DNA of 64,000 bases from Alphaproteobacteria bacterium (GCA_965220745.1 CBDCQT010000013.1:768001-832000); one strand, 5' to 3'. Shown: positions 51,828 to 62,642, counted from the first letter of the stretch. Notes: a model not told the origin generated them from the letters alone. Made by a program: numbers and translations.

Positions 51828-53236
51828 GCGAGACCCCCGGCTCACCGCCTCCGGCCCATGCGGGCGATTCCTCGGTCGAGGTTCTGGAGGACGCAGCACC
51901 GGCACCCAACGGCGCCTATCCGCGGCCCGACAGCTTCAGCGGCGTCTGGCCGCCGGAGGTGATCGAGGAGATTCAGGAGAAGGCCTCGCTCGGCCGCTAC
52001 CAGATCCGCGGCCAGGCGACCAAGCGGCGGGGCCTGCCCTCCTTCGACGATCTGGTGTTCGTGCCTGCCGGGCTCTCGCGTATGCCGCTCGAAGGCTATC
52101 GGGAGAAGTGCGACACGCGGGTGGTGATCGGCGAGGGCAACTGCGAGAATCCGCTGGTGCTGGAGCGCCCGATCATGATCGCGGGCATGAGCTTCGGCGC
52201 GCTCTCGGTCCACGCCAAGCGCGCACTCGGCACGGCGGCGAGCCGCTGCGGCATCTCCACCTGCACCGGCGAGGGCGGCATGCACCATGAGGAGCGCCGC
52301 TACTCCGACAAGCTGGTGATGCAGTACCTGCCGAGCCGCTACGGCATGAACCCCTACGACCTCAAGAAGGCCGACATGATCGAGATCGGCGCCGGCCAGG
52401 GTGCGAAGCCCGGCACCGGCGGCGTGCTGCTCGGGCTCAAGATGTCGGACGAGGTGGCGGAGATGCGCGATCTGCCCGAGGGCGTGGACCAGCGCAGCCC
52501 CTGCCGCCATCCCGACTGGATGGGTGCCGACGATCTCTACATGAAGCTCGAGGAGATTCGCGAGGTCACCGAGTACAAGGTGCCGATCTCCATCAAGGTC
52601 GGGGCCGCGCGCATCGCCAACGACGTCCGCATCGCGGCCAAGGCAGGCGTCGATGCCATCGTCTTCGACGGCATGGAGGGCGGCACCGCCGCCTCGCCCA
52701 CGATCCAATTGGATCACGCCGGCATTCCCACCGTCGCCGCCATCGCCGAAGCCTCCGAGGCGCTCGCCGAGATGGGCAAGAAGGACTCCATGAGGCTCAT
52801 CGTCGGCGGCGGCATCCGCAACGGGGCGGACGCGGCGAAGTGCATCGCCCTCGGTGCCGACGTGGTCTATCTCGGCACCGCGCCGATCATCGCCATGGGC
52901 TGCCACAAGCCGATCTATCTGGAGGACTACGCCCGCCTCGGCACCTCGCCCTACGAGTGCCAGCACTGCCACACCGGCCTCTGTCCGGTCGGCATCACCA
53001 CCCAGCTGCCCAAGCTGATGGAGCGCCTCGACGTGGACGAGGCGGCTGACAGCGTGACCAACTACCTCAACGCGCTCACCATGGAGATCCAGCTCTTCGC
53101 CCGCGCCTGCGGCAAGAACCGGGTGAGCGACCTCGACCCCAACGACCTCCGTGCGCTGACCTACGACGTCTCACTCATGACCGGCGTCGACATGGTGGGC
53201 CTCGGCGGCCGCACCCCCTGGTGGAAGAAGTTCTGA
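51824..53236 (+). CDS. glxD: FMN-binding glutamate synthase family protein (GlxD/MgsC-like)
   Basis: SRMPLEGYREKC, GMSFGALS, TGEGG, GQGAKPG.GG, RHPDW.G.DDL, CHTG.CPVGITTQ. Confidence 0.9.
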   Translation: MSETPGSPPPAHAGDSSVEVLEDAAPAPNGAYPRPDSFSGVWPPEVIEEIQEKASLGRYQIRGQATKRRGLPSFDDLVFVPAGLSRMPLEGYREKCDTRVVIGEGNCENPLVLERPIMIAGMSFGALSVHAKRALGTAASRCGISTCTGEGGMHHEERRYSDKLVMQYLPSRYGMNPYDLKKADMIEIGAGQGAKPGTGGVLLGLKMSDEVAEMRDLPEGVDQRSPCRHPDWMGADDLYMKLEEIREVTEYKVPISIKVGAARIANDVRIAAKAGVDAIVFDGMEGGTAASPTIQLDHAGIPTVAAIAEASEALAEMGKKDSMRLIVGGGIRNGADAAKCIALGADVVYLGTAPIIAMGCHKPIYLEDYARLGTSPYECQHCHTGLCPVGITTQLPKLMERLDVDEAADSVTNYLNALTMEIQLFARACGKNRVSDLDPNDLRALTYDVSLMTGVDMVGLGGRTPWWKKF

Positions 53237-53379
53237 GACCCCGGACCATGGTGCGGGCGACTGATGGCGGCGCCGGGTCTAGGGTGAGGGGTGCCGCCAT
53301 GACCGTGGTCCGAGATCGGAGTCGGGTCGATGACTGAGGACCAATTACGATTACAAGCGATTGCGACCAAAACCCCGGT

Positions 53380-53454
53380 GACACCATCGACCAGACGGCC
53401 CACATGGCGCAGGACATGATCGACAGGCTGCTGCGCTATAGTGACTTGGTGGCC
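53380..53454 (+). mobile_element. IS1595-family transposase C-terminal remnant
   Basis: Reads DTIDQTAHMAQDMIDRLLRYSDLVA, resembling the IS1595 tail DT.DQM......G.RL.Y.DL (recalled consensus). Confidence 0.55.
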
Positions 53455-53562
53455 TGGGGACATGGTGTTCTCATGTACCCATATATGGGATAAGCTCACA
53501 CGCTCTCGGAGGCGGCGGACGCACCACCGCCTGCGGGGCGACGCACGGAAAGGAACAGGCCG

Positions 53563-53826
53563 ATGGGCGAACCGCAAGGGCGGTTGCTCGCCGAGGAAAT
53601 CGAATTCTACGAGAAGAACAAGGACCGGTTCATCCGCGAGCACACCAACCGTCATCTACTCATCAAAGGGAGTGAGTTGATTGGAACCTTTCCCACGGCA
53701 GATCAAGCAATTGGAGAGGGCGTGCGCCGCTTTGGTACAGGCCCTTTTTTGGTTAGATTAGCTGGAGAAGACACCCCCACTATAACCGCACCCGCACTTG
53801 TGTTGGGATTGCTGTGCCAATCATAA
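53563..53826 (+). CDS. Small DUF5678-like protein
   Basis: EIEFYEKN......H....LLIKG.ELIG.F....A...G...FG..PFLV. Lower GC. Confidence 0.7.
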   Translation: MGEPQGRLLAEEIEFYEKNKDRFIREHTNRHLLIKGSELIGTFPTADQAIGEGVRRFGTGPFLVRLAGEDTPTITAPALVLGLLCQS

Positions 53827-54287
53827 ACTTGAGGGCTGAGAGCAGGAACGAAAAGGGCGAAGTAAGACCGGCGCCTGAAGCCCTCGCCCTTAGCGGCCCC
53901 ATCCTTCCTGTAACACTAACACTTTCAGATGCGAGTCAAAGAGCCTATAGCGAGCAGGGAAAACCGCTGCCGGAAACTGTCAGCGGACTTGCGATGATTG
54001 ACACAGGCGCAACCTCTACATGTTTCGACCAGGACTCAGCACGGGCTGCTGGTCTTCCCGTAGTTGGTACGGCGAAAATGTCTTCTACGACGCACGCAGA
54101 TCAAGAAATGCCTGTGTTTGCGGGTAAGATGATGATCGCAGGACAAATTGTAATTGATGTAGATAGGGGAATGGGAGCTAACCTTTCGTCATTTGACGGT
54201 TTAGTGGCCTTGATCGGGCGGGACCTACTGTCGTCGGCTGTATTCACTTATAATGGGCCAGATGGTTCTATTTGTATAGCAATTTGA
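53814..54287 (+). CDS. Retropepsin-like (clan AA) aspartic protease
   Basis: MIDTGATST catalytic motif and LIGRDLL. Overlaps the upstream ORF. AT-rich. Confidence 0.85.
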   Translation: MPIINLRAESRNEKGEVRPAPEALALSGPILPVTLTLSDASQRAYSEQGKPLPETVSGLAMIDTGATSTCFDQDSARAAGLPVVGTAKMSSTTHADQEMPVFAGKMMIAGQIVIDVDRGMGANLSSFDGLVALIGRDLLSSAVFTYNGPDGSICIAI

Positions 54288-54408
54288 CGGTAACAATTTC
54301 AATTGATGTATGCATATTTTAGAAGAGGTATTGGCTAAAGGTTAGCGGATAGAACGAATACAGTTTCGCATAACTCACTGTTGTAAAGTGTAGATTACCC
54401 AATATTTC

Positions 54409-55407
54409 TTACACTGGGGCGGGCTCCAACCAGGCGCTGAAGGTCTCGCGGATCCTCGCGTCGTCTGCGCCTCCCATCAACAGGAGTGTAAGCAGCAGGC
54501 GGGCCTTGAGCCCGTCGAGCCAGCCGGCGCTGATCAGCCCGCGCGCCAGCAGGTCGATCTCCGAGCCCTTGAAGTCGTAAGTCTGGCGCAGCATCTCGCC
54601 CGCCCCGGTGCGGGATGCCATGACCACCGGCACTTGCGCGGCCGCGTCAGCGAGCTTGTCGGCGACCCACGCCGCAGCGTGACCCCCGCCGGTGCATTCC
54701 ATCACGATCCCCCGGTAGCCCGCCTCCAGCGCGCGCTCGATCAACCGGCCGTCGTCGCCGAGCGTCACGGTAAGCAGCGCCACCGGCACGACCTCGGCGT
54801 CCCGCGCCACCGCGACGGTGCGGCGCGGGCCCGGCCGGCCGGCGAGCCGGGGCGCGCCCTCCGCGAACCAGCCGAGCGCCCCGGCCGGCATCGAGCGGAA
54901 GGCGGCCGGGTTCGAGGTCACGCCCTTCTGCACGTAGCGCGCGGCGTGGATTTCGTCGTTCATCACCACCATGACGCCGAGGCCGCGCGCGGGCTCGTGC
55001 ACGGCGAGGCGCACGCTGTTCAGCAGGTTCGCCGGCCCGTCCGGCCCGGCGAGCGTCGGGTTGCGCATCGCGCCGGTCAGCACCACCGGCGCATCCAGCG
55101 CCAGGACGCGGTCGAGCACGAAGGCCGATTCCTCCATCGTGTCGGTGCCGTGGGTGACCACCACGCCGCGGGCGCCGTCGGCCACGGCCTGCTCGATGGC
55201 ATCGGCCAGCGCGAACAGGTCGGGGATCGTGACCTCCGGGCTCGGCAGCAGGCGGAAGGTCTCGGCCTCGATGGACGCGACCTCGGCAAGCTGCGGCACC
55301 GCCTCCACCAGCGCGTCGGCGCCCAGGGAGGGTTTGACACCGTGTTCCCCACGCTCGGCCATGGCGATGGTCCCGCCCATGGCGAAGATCGCGACCCTGG
55401 GAAGCAT
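54409..55407 (-). CDS. L-asparaginase
   Basis: GGTIAM, HGTDTMEE, TGAMR, DGPANL. Confidence 0.93.
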   Translation of the reverse strand: MLPRVAIFAMGGTIAMAERGEHGVKPSLGADALVEAVPQLAEVASIEAETFRLLPSPEVTIPDLFALADAIEQAVADGARGVVVTHGTDTMEESAFVLDRVLALDAPVVLTGAMRNPTLAGPDGPANLLNSVRLAVHEPARGLGVMVVMNDEIHAARYVQKGVTSNPAAFRSMPAGALGWFAEGAPRLAGRPGPRRTVAVARDAEVVPVALLTVTLGDDGRLIERALEAGYRGIVMECTGGGHAAAWVADKLADAAAQVPVVMASRTGAGEMLRQTYDFKGSEIDLLARGLISAGWLDGLKARLLLTLLLMGGADDARIRETFSAWLEPAPV

Positions 55408-55417
55408 GGCGTGCGCC

Positions 55418-55993
55418 TCAGCCGCGCAGCCAGGTCTCGGACCAGGCCAGGCAGCAGGAGCTCGATGGACGCCCGAACATGACGTTCTCGTAAGCCCCAC
55501 CCTGCGCGCGCGTTCCCGCGACCTCCAGTGTCGCGGTCCGGCACGGCACGAGGCAGCTATAGACCGCCCACGGCCCCGTGTCGTCGTTGTTAGGCGGCAA
55601 CGTGAGCATGAAGGGCTCGCCCATGTCGGACCAACTCAGCTCGATGCGGCCATCGGCCGAGTCGACGATCTCACGATAGGTGGAGCGGAAGGCGCCCTCG
55701 CGCGAAAACGCCGCTTCGGCGATCGGCATGGCGGTGTCGGCGAAGGGCGGGTTCAGGATCGACTCCAGCTCGCCCTGAAGCCACCGCGCCATGCCGACAT
55801 TGTCCGCATAGAGCCTGACTTCGCCGCCGGTGGCGTCGGAGCGGAGGAAGAGGCAGGTGCCGGGACCGGCCGGCGAGATCAACGTGCGCCAGTGGGCGCA
55901 GACGGTGGTCTCCGGCCCATCGGCCTCGGTCTTGAGCCGCAGGAAGGAATTCTCCCCCGTGAAGTGCACCGTGTTCGGATCGATGGCTGGCAT
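55418..55993 (-). CDS. Hypothetical protein
   Basis: Strong RBS AAGGAGGAG; co-oriented with asparaginase. Confidence 0.7.
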   Translation of the reverse strand: MPAIDPNTVHFTGENSFLRLKTEADGPETTVCAHWRTLISPAGPGTCLFLRSDATGGEVRLYADNVGMARWLQGELESILNPPFADTAMPIAEAAFSREGAFRSTYREIVDSADGRIELSWSDMGEPFMLTLPPNNDDTGPWAVYSCLVPCRTATLEVAGTRAQGGAYENVMFGRPSSSCCLAWSETWLRG

Positions 55994-56103
55994 TGCGGTC
56001 GTCTCCTCCTTGATGCGTTTCCCAGAGCTTAACCCGCAATTCTCACCGCAGACCATGACCGTCGTTAGAAATGCGGGCCAGGATCGGCTACTCTGACCGG
56101 GCG

Positions 56104-56739
56104 ATGAACCGCTCCGTCACGCGCCGATTGGCACTGGCCGGGCTGGCCGCCGCCGGAGGCGCTGCTGCGGCGCCCTTCGTCGCCCGCACCGGCTGGGCCT
56201 CCTTGGGCTACACGTTCAAGGGCCCGGCAGCCGATCGCGGCCTCGGGCTTGCGCCGCCTGCGGCTTGCACGCCCGGCACGCGCGCACGGAGAGCGGGGCC
56301 GTTCTACACGCCGCAGACGCCGCGGCGGACCACACTGCGCGAGCCGGACACGCGCGGAGAGACGCTCATCTTTGAAGGGCTGGTGCTCTCGCACGATTGC
56401 CGCCCCTTGGCCGGTGCCGTGATCGACATCTGGCATTGCGATGAGGACGGCCGCTACGACAATCGAGGCTTCCGCTATCGCGGGCATCAGTTCACCGATG
56501 AGGCGGGCGCATTCCGGTTCGAGACCATCCGGCCCGTGCGCTATTCCGGCCGCACACAGCATATCCACGTGAAGGCGCAGGGCGAGCGGACCGACGTCTT
56601 CACCACCCAGGTCTTCTTTCCGGACTTGCAGGAGGCGAACGCCCGCGACCGAATTTTTCGGGACGACCTCGTGATGCACCTCGACCGTGCCGGAGACACG
56701 TGGCGCGGGCGCTTCGACTTCGTGCTCCCGCCGGCCTGA
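56104..56739 (+). CDS. Intradiol ring-cleavage dioxygenase-like protein, Tat signal
   Basis: GPFY, IDIWHCD..GRY, Y.GRT.HIH. Confidence 0.85.
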   Translation: MNRSVTRRLALAGLAAAGGAAAAPFVARTGWASLGYTFKGPAADRGLGLAPPAACTPGTRARRAGPFYTPQTPRRTTLREPDTRGETLIFEGLVLSHDCRPLAGAVIDIWHCDEDGRYDNRGFRYRGHQFTDEAGAFRFETIRPVRYSGRTQHIHVKAQGERTDVFTTQVFFPDLQEANARDRIFRDDLVMHLDRAGDTWRGRFDFVLPPA

Positions 56740-56963
56740 GACCGCGCCATCGAGCTTTCGATTGTTGCGGCCCGGACGCGGGAGTACACTGATTCGCGCA
56801 GCCGGGGTGTACGGGAAGGACTTCGGTTGAATCGGCTGGTAGGTGCGGGCTCGCGTTCGTCGCACGGGTGGCGACGCGAGCATGACGGAGCGCCGGCGCA
56901 ACAATAACAAGAAGAGCCAGGCGCGCTCCCTTCGCCGGCAGCCGAGCGGGCAAGGGGGCGACC

Positions 56964-58277
56964 ATGACTCAGACGCTGTTCACCAACATCTCAATCTTCG
57001 ACGGCTCCGGCAAGAAGTCCTACCGGGGCGAAGTTCTGGTCCAGGGCAACCGCATCAAACAGGTGGTCAAGGGCAAGAAGCGCATCGAACGGAACGGCTC
57101 GGACGTGGTGGACGGCGGCGGCGCGACGCTCATGCCGGGCCTGATCAACGGTCACTCCCACATCGGCTATTCAGAAGAGGGGACGTCACTCTACTCCCTC
57201 GGCGATACGCCGCCCGAGGAGAACACGCTGATCACGATGCAGCACGCCCAGATCCTGTACGACCACGGCTTCACGGCCCTGGTCTGCGCCGCGACGGGCA
57301 AGACCCGCATGGACATCGTGATTCGCAACGCGGTCAACGCCGGTCAGATCGAGGGGCCGCGCATCCTCGCCGCCTCGCCCGAGCTCACGGTCACCGGCGG
57401 CCTGGGCGATGCGCGCCAGCTCCACATGTACCACGGGGCATTCTCGATCATCTGCGACGGCGAGGAGCAGTTCCGCCAGACCGCGCGGATGCTCTGCCGC
57501 GAAGGCGTCGACATCCTCAAGATCATGCCGTCGAGCGACGAGTTCGTTTACCCCTATGGCAGGGGCGACACGACCGTGATGACCGAAGAGGAGGTCGCCG
57601 CGGTCTGCCAGGTCGCCAGGCAGCGCAACCGGCGCGTCTGCGCCCACGCGCGGACCTCGGAGGCGGTCCAGTTCTGCCTGAAGTACGGCGTTCACATCAT
57701 CCACCACGCGACCTACGCCGACGACGAGACCATCGACATGCTGGTGGCGGCCAAGGACGAGGTCTTCGTCGTGCCGGCGATCGGCATCACCCACAACACG
57801 GCCTACGAGTCCGCGGAATTCGGCATGCCGCCGGAGTCCGAGATCGCGCTCAGGCACCACCACGAGCTCGCCATCGTCAGCGAAACCGTCAAGAAGCTGC
57901 ACGCCCGCGGCGTCCGCGTGCTGCCCTTCGGCGACTATGCCTTCGCCTGGGTGCCGCACGGCACGGACGCGCGCGACTTCGAGCACTTCGTGAACTACTT
58001 CGACTTCACCCCCGCCGAAGTGCTGCACGCCGCCACCAAGCTCGGCGGCGAGCTCTACGCCCACGCCAACGCGCAGGGCAGCGGTATCCCCGAGATGGGC
58101 GAGGTCAAGGAGGGCTATCTCGCCGATCTCATCATGATCGACGGCGACCCGCTGGCGGACCTCACGCTGTTCCAAGACAAAAACAACATCCTGATGATCA
58201 TGAAGGACGGCGCGTACCACAAGCCGCCCCAGCCGCGGCGCGGTGCGGCTCGCCGGGTGGCCGCCGCGGCGGAGTAA
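56964..58277 (+). CDS. Metal-dependent amidohydrolase
   Basis: MPGLINGHSH, ILK, CAHA, IHH, GYLADL....GDPL. Confidence 0.9.
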   Translation: MTQTLFTNISIFDGSGKKSYRGEVLVQGNRIKQVVKGKKRIERNGSDVVDGGGATLMPGLINGHSHIGYSEEGTSLYSLGDTPPEENTLITMQHAQILYDHGFTALVCAATGKTRMDIVIRNAVNAGQIEGPRILAASPELTVTGGLGDARQLHMYHGAFSIICDGEEQFRQTARMLCREGVDILKIMPSSDEFVYPYGRGDTTVMTEEEVAAVCQVARQRNRRVCAHARTSEAVQFCLKYGVHIIHHATYADDETIDMLVAAKDEVFVVPAIGITHNTAYESAEFGMPPESEIALRHHHELAIVSETVKKLHARGVRVLPFGDYAFAWVPHGTDARDFEHFVNYFDFTPAEVLHAATKLGGELYAHANAQGSGIPEMGEVKEGYLADLIMIDGDPLADLTLFQDKNNILMIMKDGAYHKPPQPRRGAARRVAAAAE

Positions 58278-58454
58278 AGCGCCAGAGCGCGTCCGACTTT
58301 GACGGACGCGCGATAGGCCGCGACCGCGGCCCGCCGCGAATGCGGCGCCCTCGCGGAGGCGCCGGCCGTCGCGCCGACAGGCGCGCGGAATCGCAAGACG
58401 GCCGGCTGCCGTGAGCGATAAAGGCGAGAGCGTTTCCGTGCGCGACGGAAACGC

Positions 58455-60776
58455 TCAAGCCGAAGCAATGTCGCGGCGCTCGATCCCCCGGTGGAGGTAG
58501 AGCAGCCCCACGATAGCGACGCTCACGGCGCCGAGGAGCCCTAGGCCCGCGTCGAACCCGCTTGTCAGGTCCCACATCGCGCCGATCACGAGCGGCCCCA
58601 GCACGCCGCCGATCTCCGCCGCCGAGAAGAACAGGCCGACCGCCGCCCCGGTGTTGCGGGGATCGACGCCGCGCGTCTCCATCAGGACCAGGATCAGGAC
58701 CGCGATCAGCGAGCCGCGGCCGATGCCCTGCAGCACCATCGCCACCACCAGCGCCGGCACGCCTGTGGCCAGCAGCAGCAGCGCGCCCGCGCCGGTGCAA
58801 AGCGCGAGCGCGATGAGGATCGCGAAGCGCCTGGGCGGCGTCGAGAGCCTCGGGATCATCAACGCACCGGCGATGCCGACGGCCGTCGGCAGGGCCGACC
58901 AGATACCGGCCTCATCCGGCGCCATGCCGCCCGTGCGCAGCATCTCCGGCAGCCAGTTGGCGAGCGCGTGATGCAGAAAGAAGGCGCCGATGCTCATCGC
59001 CAGGATGACCTGAATGTTCGGCAGGCGTAGCAGCGCACCGAAGACGGCCATCTGGCCCGCGATGGTCTCGCGGCGGAGCCCGGCCTGCTCGACCACGCGG
59101 TTGATCGGGTGGCTTCCGAGCAGGAACCAGGCGATTCCGCAGGCGAGGATGAAGCCGGAATAGATCAGCAGGACCAGGCGCCAATCCCCGTCGAGGAACG
59201 GCATCAGGACGCTGTTGGTCAGCGCCAGCGCGAGGATGTGGCCTAAGAAGGGGCCCGTGATATAGACGCCCATGGCGAAGCCGCGCTCGGCACCCTCGAA
59301 CCATTGCGCGATCGCCTTGGGTGCGCCGATCGAGCCAGCCGTGCCAGGAGCGGGCCTCGCAGTGATCGAGGCCGAGGTCGTCCTTGGCCCGCTGAAAGCA
59401 TTCCTCGATGGTCCAGCGCAGACCGGCGGCGCCTGCCAGCTCGGCAAGGCTCGTGGCGACGGGACAGAAGACAAGATAGTAGGCCCGCTTCTCCGGGTCT
59501 TTCCGGGAGCGGCGGATCAGGAGCCAGCGTTGCCAGCCCGAGGGGCAGTCCCAGGGCAGAGCGAACCGCGCCCAGTGGTAGAGCCGCAGACCCTTGCTGC
59601 CCTCGCCGGCGGCATGGGCCGACCAGGCGTCGTGGTCAAGACCGTCGGCGATCTGAGCAGGGGGTCGTTTCAATCAAGCCCGCGGCGTCGATGAAGCGCA
59701 GATGATGGTTGCTGCGTATCGCCAGCACGTAGGCCTGTCCTCGCTCCTCCAGCATGGAGCGCAGGCCGAAGTCCGACCCGTAGACCGCATCGGCCAGGAC
59801 CCACGCACAGGGAACGCCCGCATCCAGCGCGCGATCTCCCGTGCCAGCGCGGGCTTGGTGGCGAAGGTCAGGTCGGCCGGGACATCCGAGGCCCAATCCT
59901 TCGGCAAGTACAGGCGCCGGTCGATCAGGGCCTGGCCGAAACGGCCGGAGGCGAGAAAGACACCGACCTGGCTGTTCTCGATGCGGCCGCAGTCCCCGTG
60001 TACTGGCGTGCGACCCCGACCGAGTGACGCCCCTTCTTCAGAAAGCCTGTCTCGTCCACCACCAGGACGCCGTCCTCGCAACCGAGCGCTTCCACGACAT
60101 AGGCACGCACCTCGTCGCGCAGCGCGTCAGCATCCCACAGGAGGCCCTGGATCCGCCAGGGACGTTCAAAGCCCGCGTGCTCCGACAGCATCCATCCGGT
60201 CTTGCGCGCAATCCCCGACGCCATCCAGAAACGCGCTTCCCGTCTCGCGAAGCTCGCGCCGGCCGAAGAGGCCAAGACGCGCAGCGACGACAGCGAGGGA
60301 ACCGGCCACGATATAGACCAGCGGCCAGGCGCCCAGAATGGCGCCCATGGGTGCGCCGTCGAGACAAGCGGGCCGCCGATGCCGAAAAGCCCGACCGCCA
60401 CGAACATGGTGACGGCGTCGACGGCGACGACGCGCAAGCCGCCCGAGGCGGTGATGATGAGCGCGGCCAGAAACAATGACCACTTGAGCCCGACACGGTC
60501 GACGAAGGCGCCGCAGGGCGCGGCCGCCACGATATAGACCAGCGGCCAGGCGCCCAGAATGGCGCCCATTGTCGTATAGCTGAGGCCGAGATCGCGGCTG
60601 ATGGGGTCGACCAGCGGCGCCATCGCCAGCGACAGCAGGCCGAAGCCGAAATAGATCAGCCACACCCCGCCCAGCATGGCCCAGCGATAGCCATGCTCGT
60701 GGGGCGGTACAGTGGGTGAGGGGGGAGCGACTGGCGGCACGGGGCGCGACCATAGCGACTGGGACGCGCAAGGCAT
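58455..60776 (-). pseudogene. MFS transporter (CynX-like) interrupted by a transposase fragment
   Basis: The 5' half ends ...GIGGPLVS (about 60360) and the 3' half resumes SIGAPKAIAQWF (about 59334). Confidence 0.85.
59335..60304 (-). mobile_element. IS701-family transposase fragment, degraded
   Basis: VVDETGFLKKG.HSVGVARQYTGT, IENSQVGVFL, ADAVYG, RWTIEECFQRAKDDLGLDHCEARSWHGW, in several frames. Confidence 0.9.
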
Positions 60777-60883
60777 AGACAGGCGCCCGGGACGCTACGC
60801 AGGGCGGCTCAACTGGGGCTGTAGCCGGCACCGGCTCGGTGGCATCATTGCTGTGCGACACGCGCGGACAGAAGGAGGGCGGC

Positions 60884-61924
60884 ATGTCGGGCAATCACGT
60901 CGATCTCAGGAGCGACACGGTCACGCGGCCCACAGCGGCCATGCGCCAGGCCATGGCCGAGGCAGAGGTCGGCGACGAGCAGCGCGGCGAGGACCCCACG
61001 GTCAACGCGCTCCAGGCGCGCGTGGCCGCGATGCTGGGCAAGGAGGCGGGGGTCTTCCTCCCCTCCGGCTCCATGTGCAACGAGATCGCGCTGCTGGTGC
61101 ACTGCCGCCCTGGCGAGGAGGTGATCTGCGATCGCACGGCCCACATCATCACGTCGGAAGGCGGTGGCCCGGCGGCGCTCGCCGGCGCCATGGTGCGCCC
61201 GCTCGACGGCGAGGCCGGCGTCTATTCGCCGGAGCAGCTTGCCGATGCGGTCCGTTCCGTGACCCGCTATTCGCCGCGCTCGCGGCTCGCCGTGGTCGAG
61301 CAGACCTCGAACCAGGGCGGCGGCACGATCTGGCCGCTGGAGACCATCGAGGCGGTGGGAGAGACGGCCAAGGCGCACGGGCTGCTACTGCACATGGATG
61401 GCGCGCGGCTTCTCAACGCGGTGGTCGAAACCGGCGTGGACGCGGCCCGCTACGCCGCCCCCTTCGATTCCGTCTGGGTGGACTTCAGCAAGGGGCTCGG
61501 CTGCCCGGTCGGTGCCGTGCTCGCCGGCTCAACCGAGTTCATCGAGGCCGCCTGGCAGTGGAAGCAGCGCCTCGGCGGCTCCATGCGCCAATCCGGCATC
61601 CTCGCCGCCGCCGGGCTCTATGCGCTCGACCATCATGTCGCGCGCCTCGCCGAGGATCACGCCAATGCCCGCAGCCTCGCCGACAAGGTGCGCACGCTGT
61701 CGCAGCTCAGCCTCGACCAGCGGCGGGTCGACAGCAATCTGGTCTTCTTCGATTGCACCGAAACGGGGCTGAGTGCGTCCGATCTCTCGGAGGCGCTACG
61801 GGCCAAGGGCGTGCTGATCGGCGCCGTGGGCCGCCACCGCCTGCGAGCGGTCACGCACCTCGATGTCGATGCGGCGGCGGTGGATGCGGCGGGCGAGGTG
61901 CTCGAGGCGGTGGTCGGAGGGTAG
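60884..61924 (+). CDS. ltaE: Low-specificity L-threonine aldolase
   Basis: [33 protein letters not shown]. Confidence 0.92.
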   Translation: MSGNHVDLRSDTVTRPTAAMRQAMAEAEVGDEQRGEDPTVNALQARVAAMLGKEAGVFLPSGSMCNEIALLVHCRPGEEVICDRTAHIITSEGGGPAALAGAMVRPLDGEAGVYSPEQLADAVRSVTRYSPRSRLAVVEQTSNQGGGTIWPLETIEAVGETAKAHGLLLHMDGARLLNAVVETGVDAARYAAPFDSVWVDFSKGLGCPVGAVLAGSTEFIEAAWQWKQRLGGSMRQSGILAAAGLYALDHHVARLAEDHANARSLADKVRTLSQLSLDQRRVDSNLVFFDCTETGLSASDLSEALRAKGVLIGAVGRHRLRAVTHLDVDAAAVDAAGEVLEAVVGG

Positions 61925-61955
61925 GGGAAGGGGCCTGCAACGCCCCCGTCGGGTA

Positions 61956-62642
61956 TCAGCGCAGATAGAGCCCCAGGTACTGCCGGATCGCCTTCTCCTG
62001 GCTGGCGTTGTAGTCGTGAAGTAGCGCCCGCACGACCTCGTCGTAAGTCCGCTCGCGCTCCGCGAGCGTGATGCCTTCCAGCAGCGTGCGGGAGCGCCGG
62101 GCATCCGCCGTGGCACTGCCGTTCACCTGGCCGCTCCCGTCGATCGCCTCGATGGTCACGCGCAGCCGCACGTCGAGCCGCTCGGCTTGTTCCTCCGTGA
62201 ACAGGCCCTTGAGGTCGGTATTGGTCGCGAGCGGCGTGATCCTGGCGCTGGCTTCCTCGATCGTTACCCGCAGCAAGCCGACATGCCCGCTCGTCCGCAG
62301 CCGGTCCTCCGCCCAGAGCCGCGCGGCGACAGCCGGCGGGGTCGAGAAGAGGTGATCGACATCGGAGGGGTGCGGCGTGGACCTGCGCTCGACGACCTCG
62401 ATCCCGCCCAGGTCGAACACCAGCGGCGGCAGTGCCGCGAGGGAGAGGGGCTCGCTCTCATAGCTCGGCGGCGGCTGGCAGGCGGCGACGATCGCCGTCA
62501 CCGCAAGCATCGCGGCACCGGCAAGACCCGCCCGCACGAGACCGCGCCGCGATGGCGGAAGACGTTTTCCCAACCTCTTGCCGTTCACACTGTGCCTCCT
62601 CTGACGGCGGCCATTTTCATGCCTGACCGCGAATCGACCCAT
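61956..62642 (-). CDS. Putative lipoprotein
   Basis: Lipobox VAAC; start uncertain (62642 or 62588). Confidence 0.7.
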   Translation of the reverse strand: MGRFAVRHENGRRQRRHSVNGKRLGKRLPPSRRGLVRAGLAGAAMLAVTAIVAACQPPPSYESEPLSLAALPPLVFDLGGIEVVERRSTPHPSDVDHLFSTPPAVAARLWAEDRLRTSGHVGLLRVTIEEASARITPLATNTDLKGLFTEEQAERLDVRLRVTIEAIDGSGQVNGSATADARRSRTLLEGITLAERERTYDEVVRALLHDYNASQEKAIRQYLGLYLR

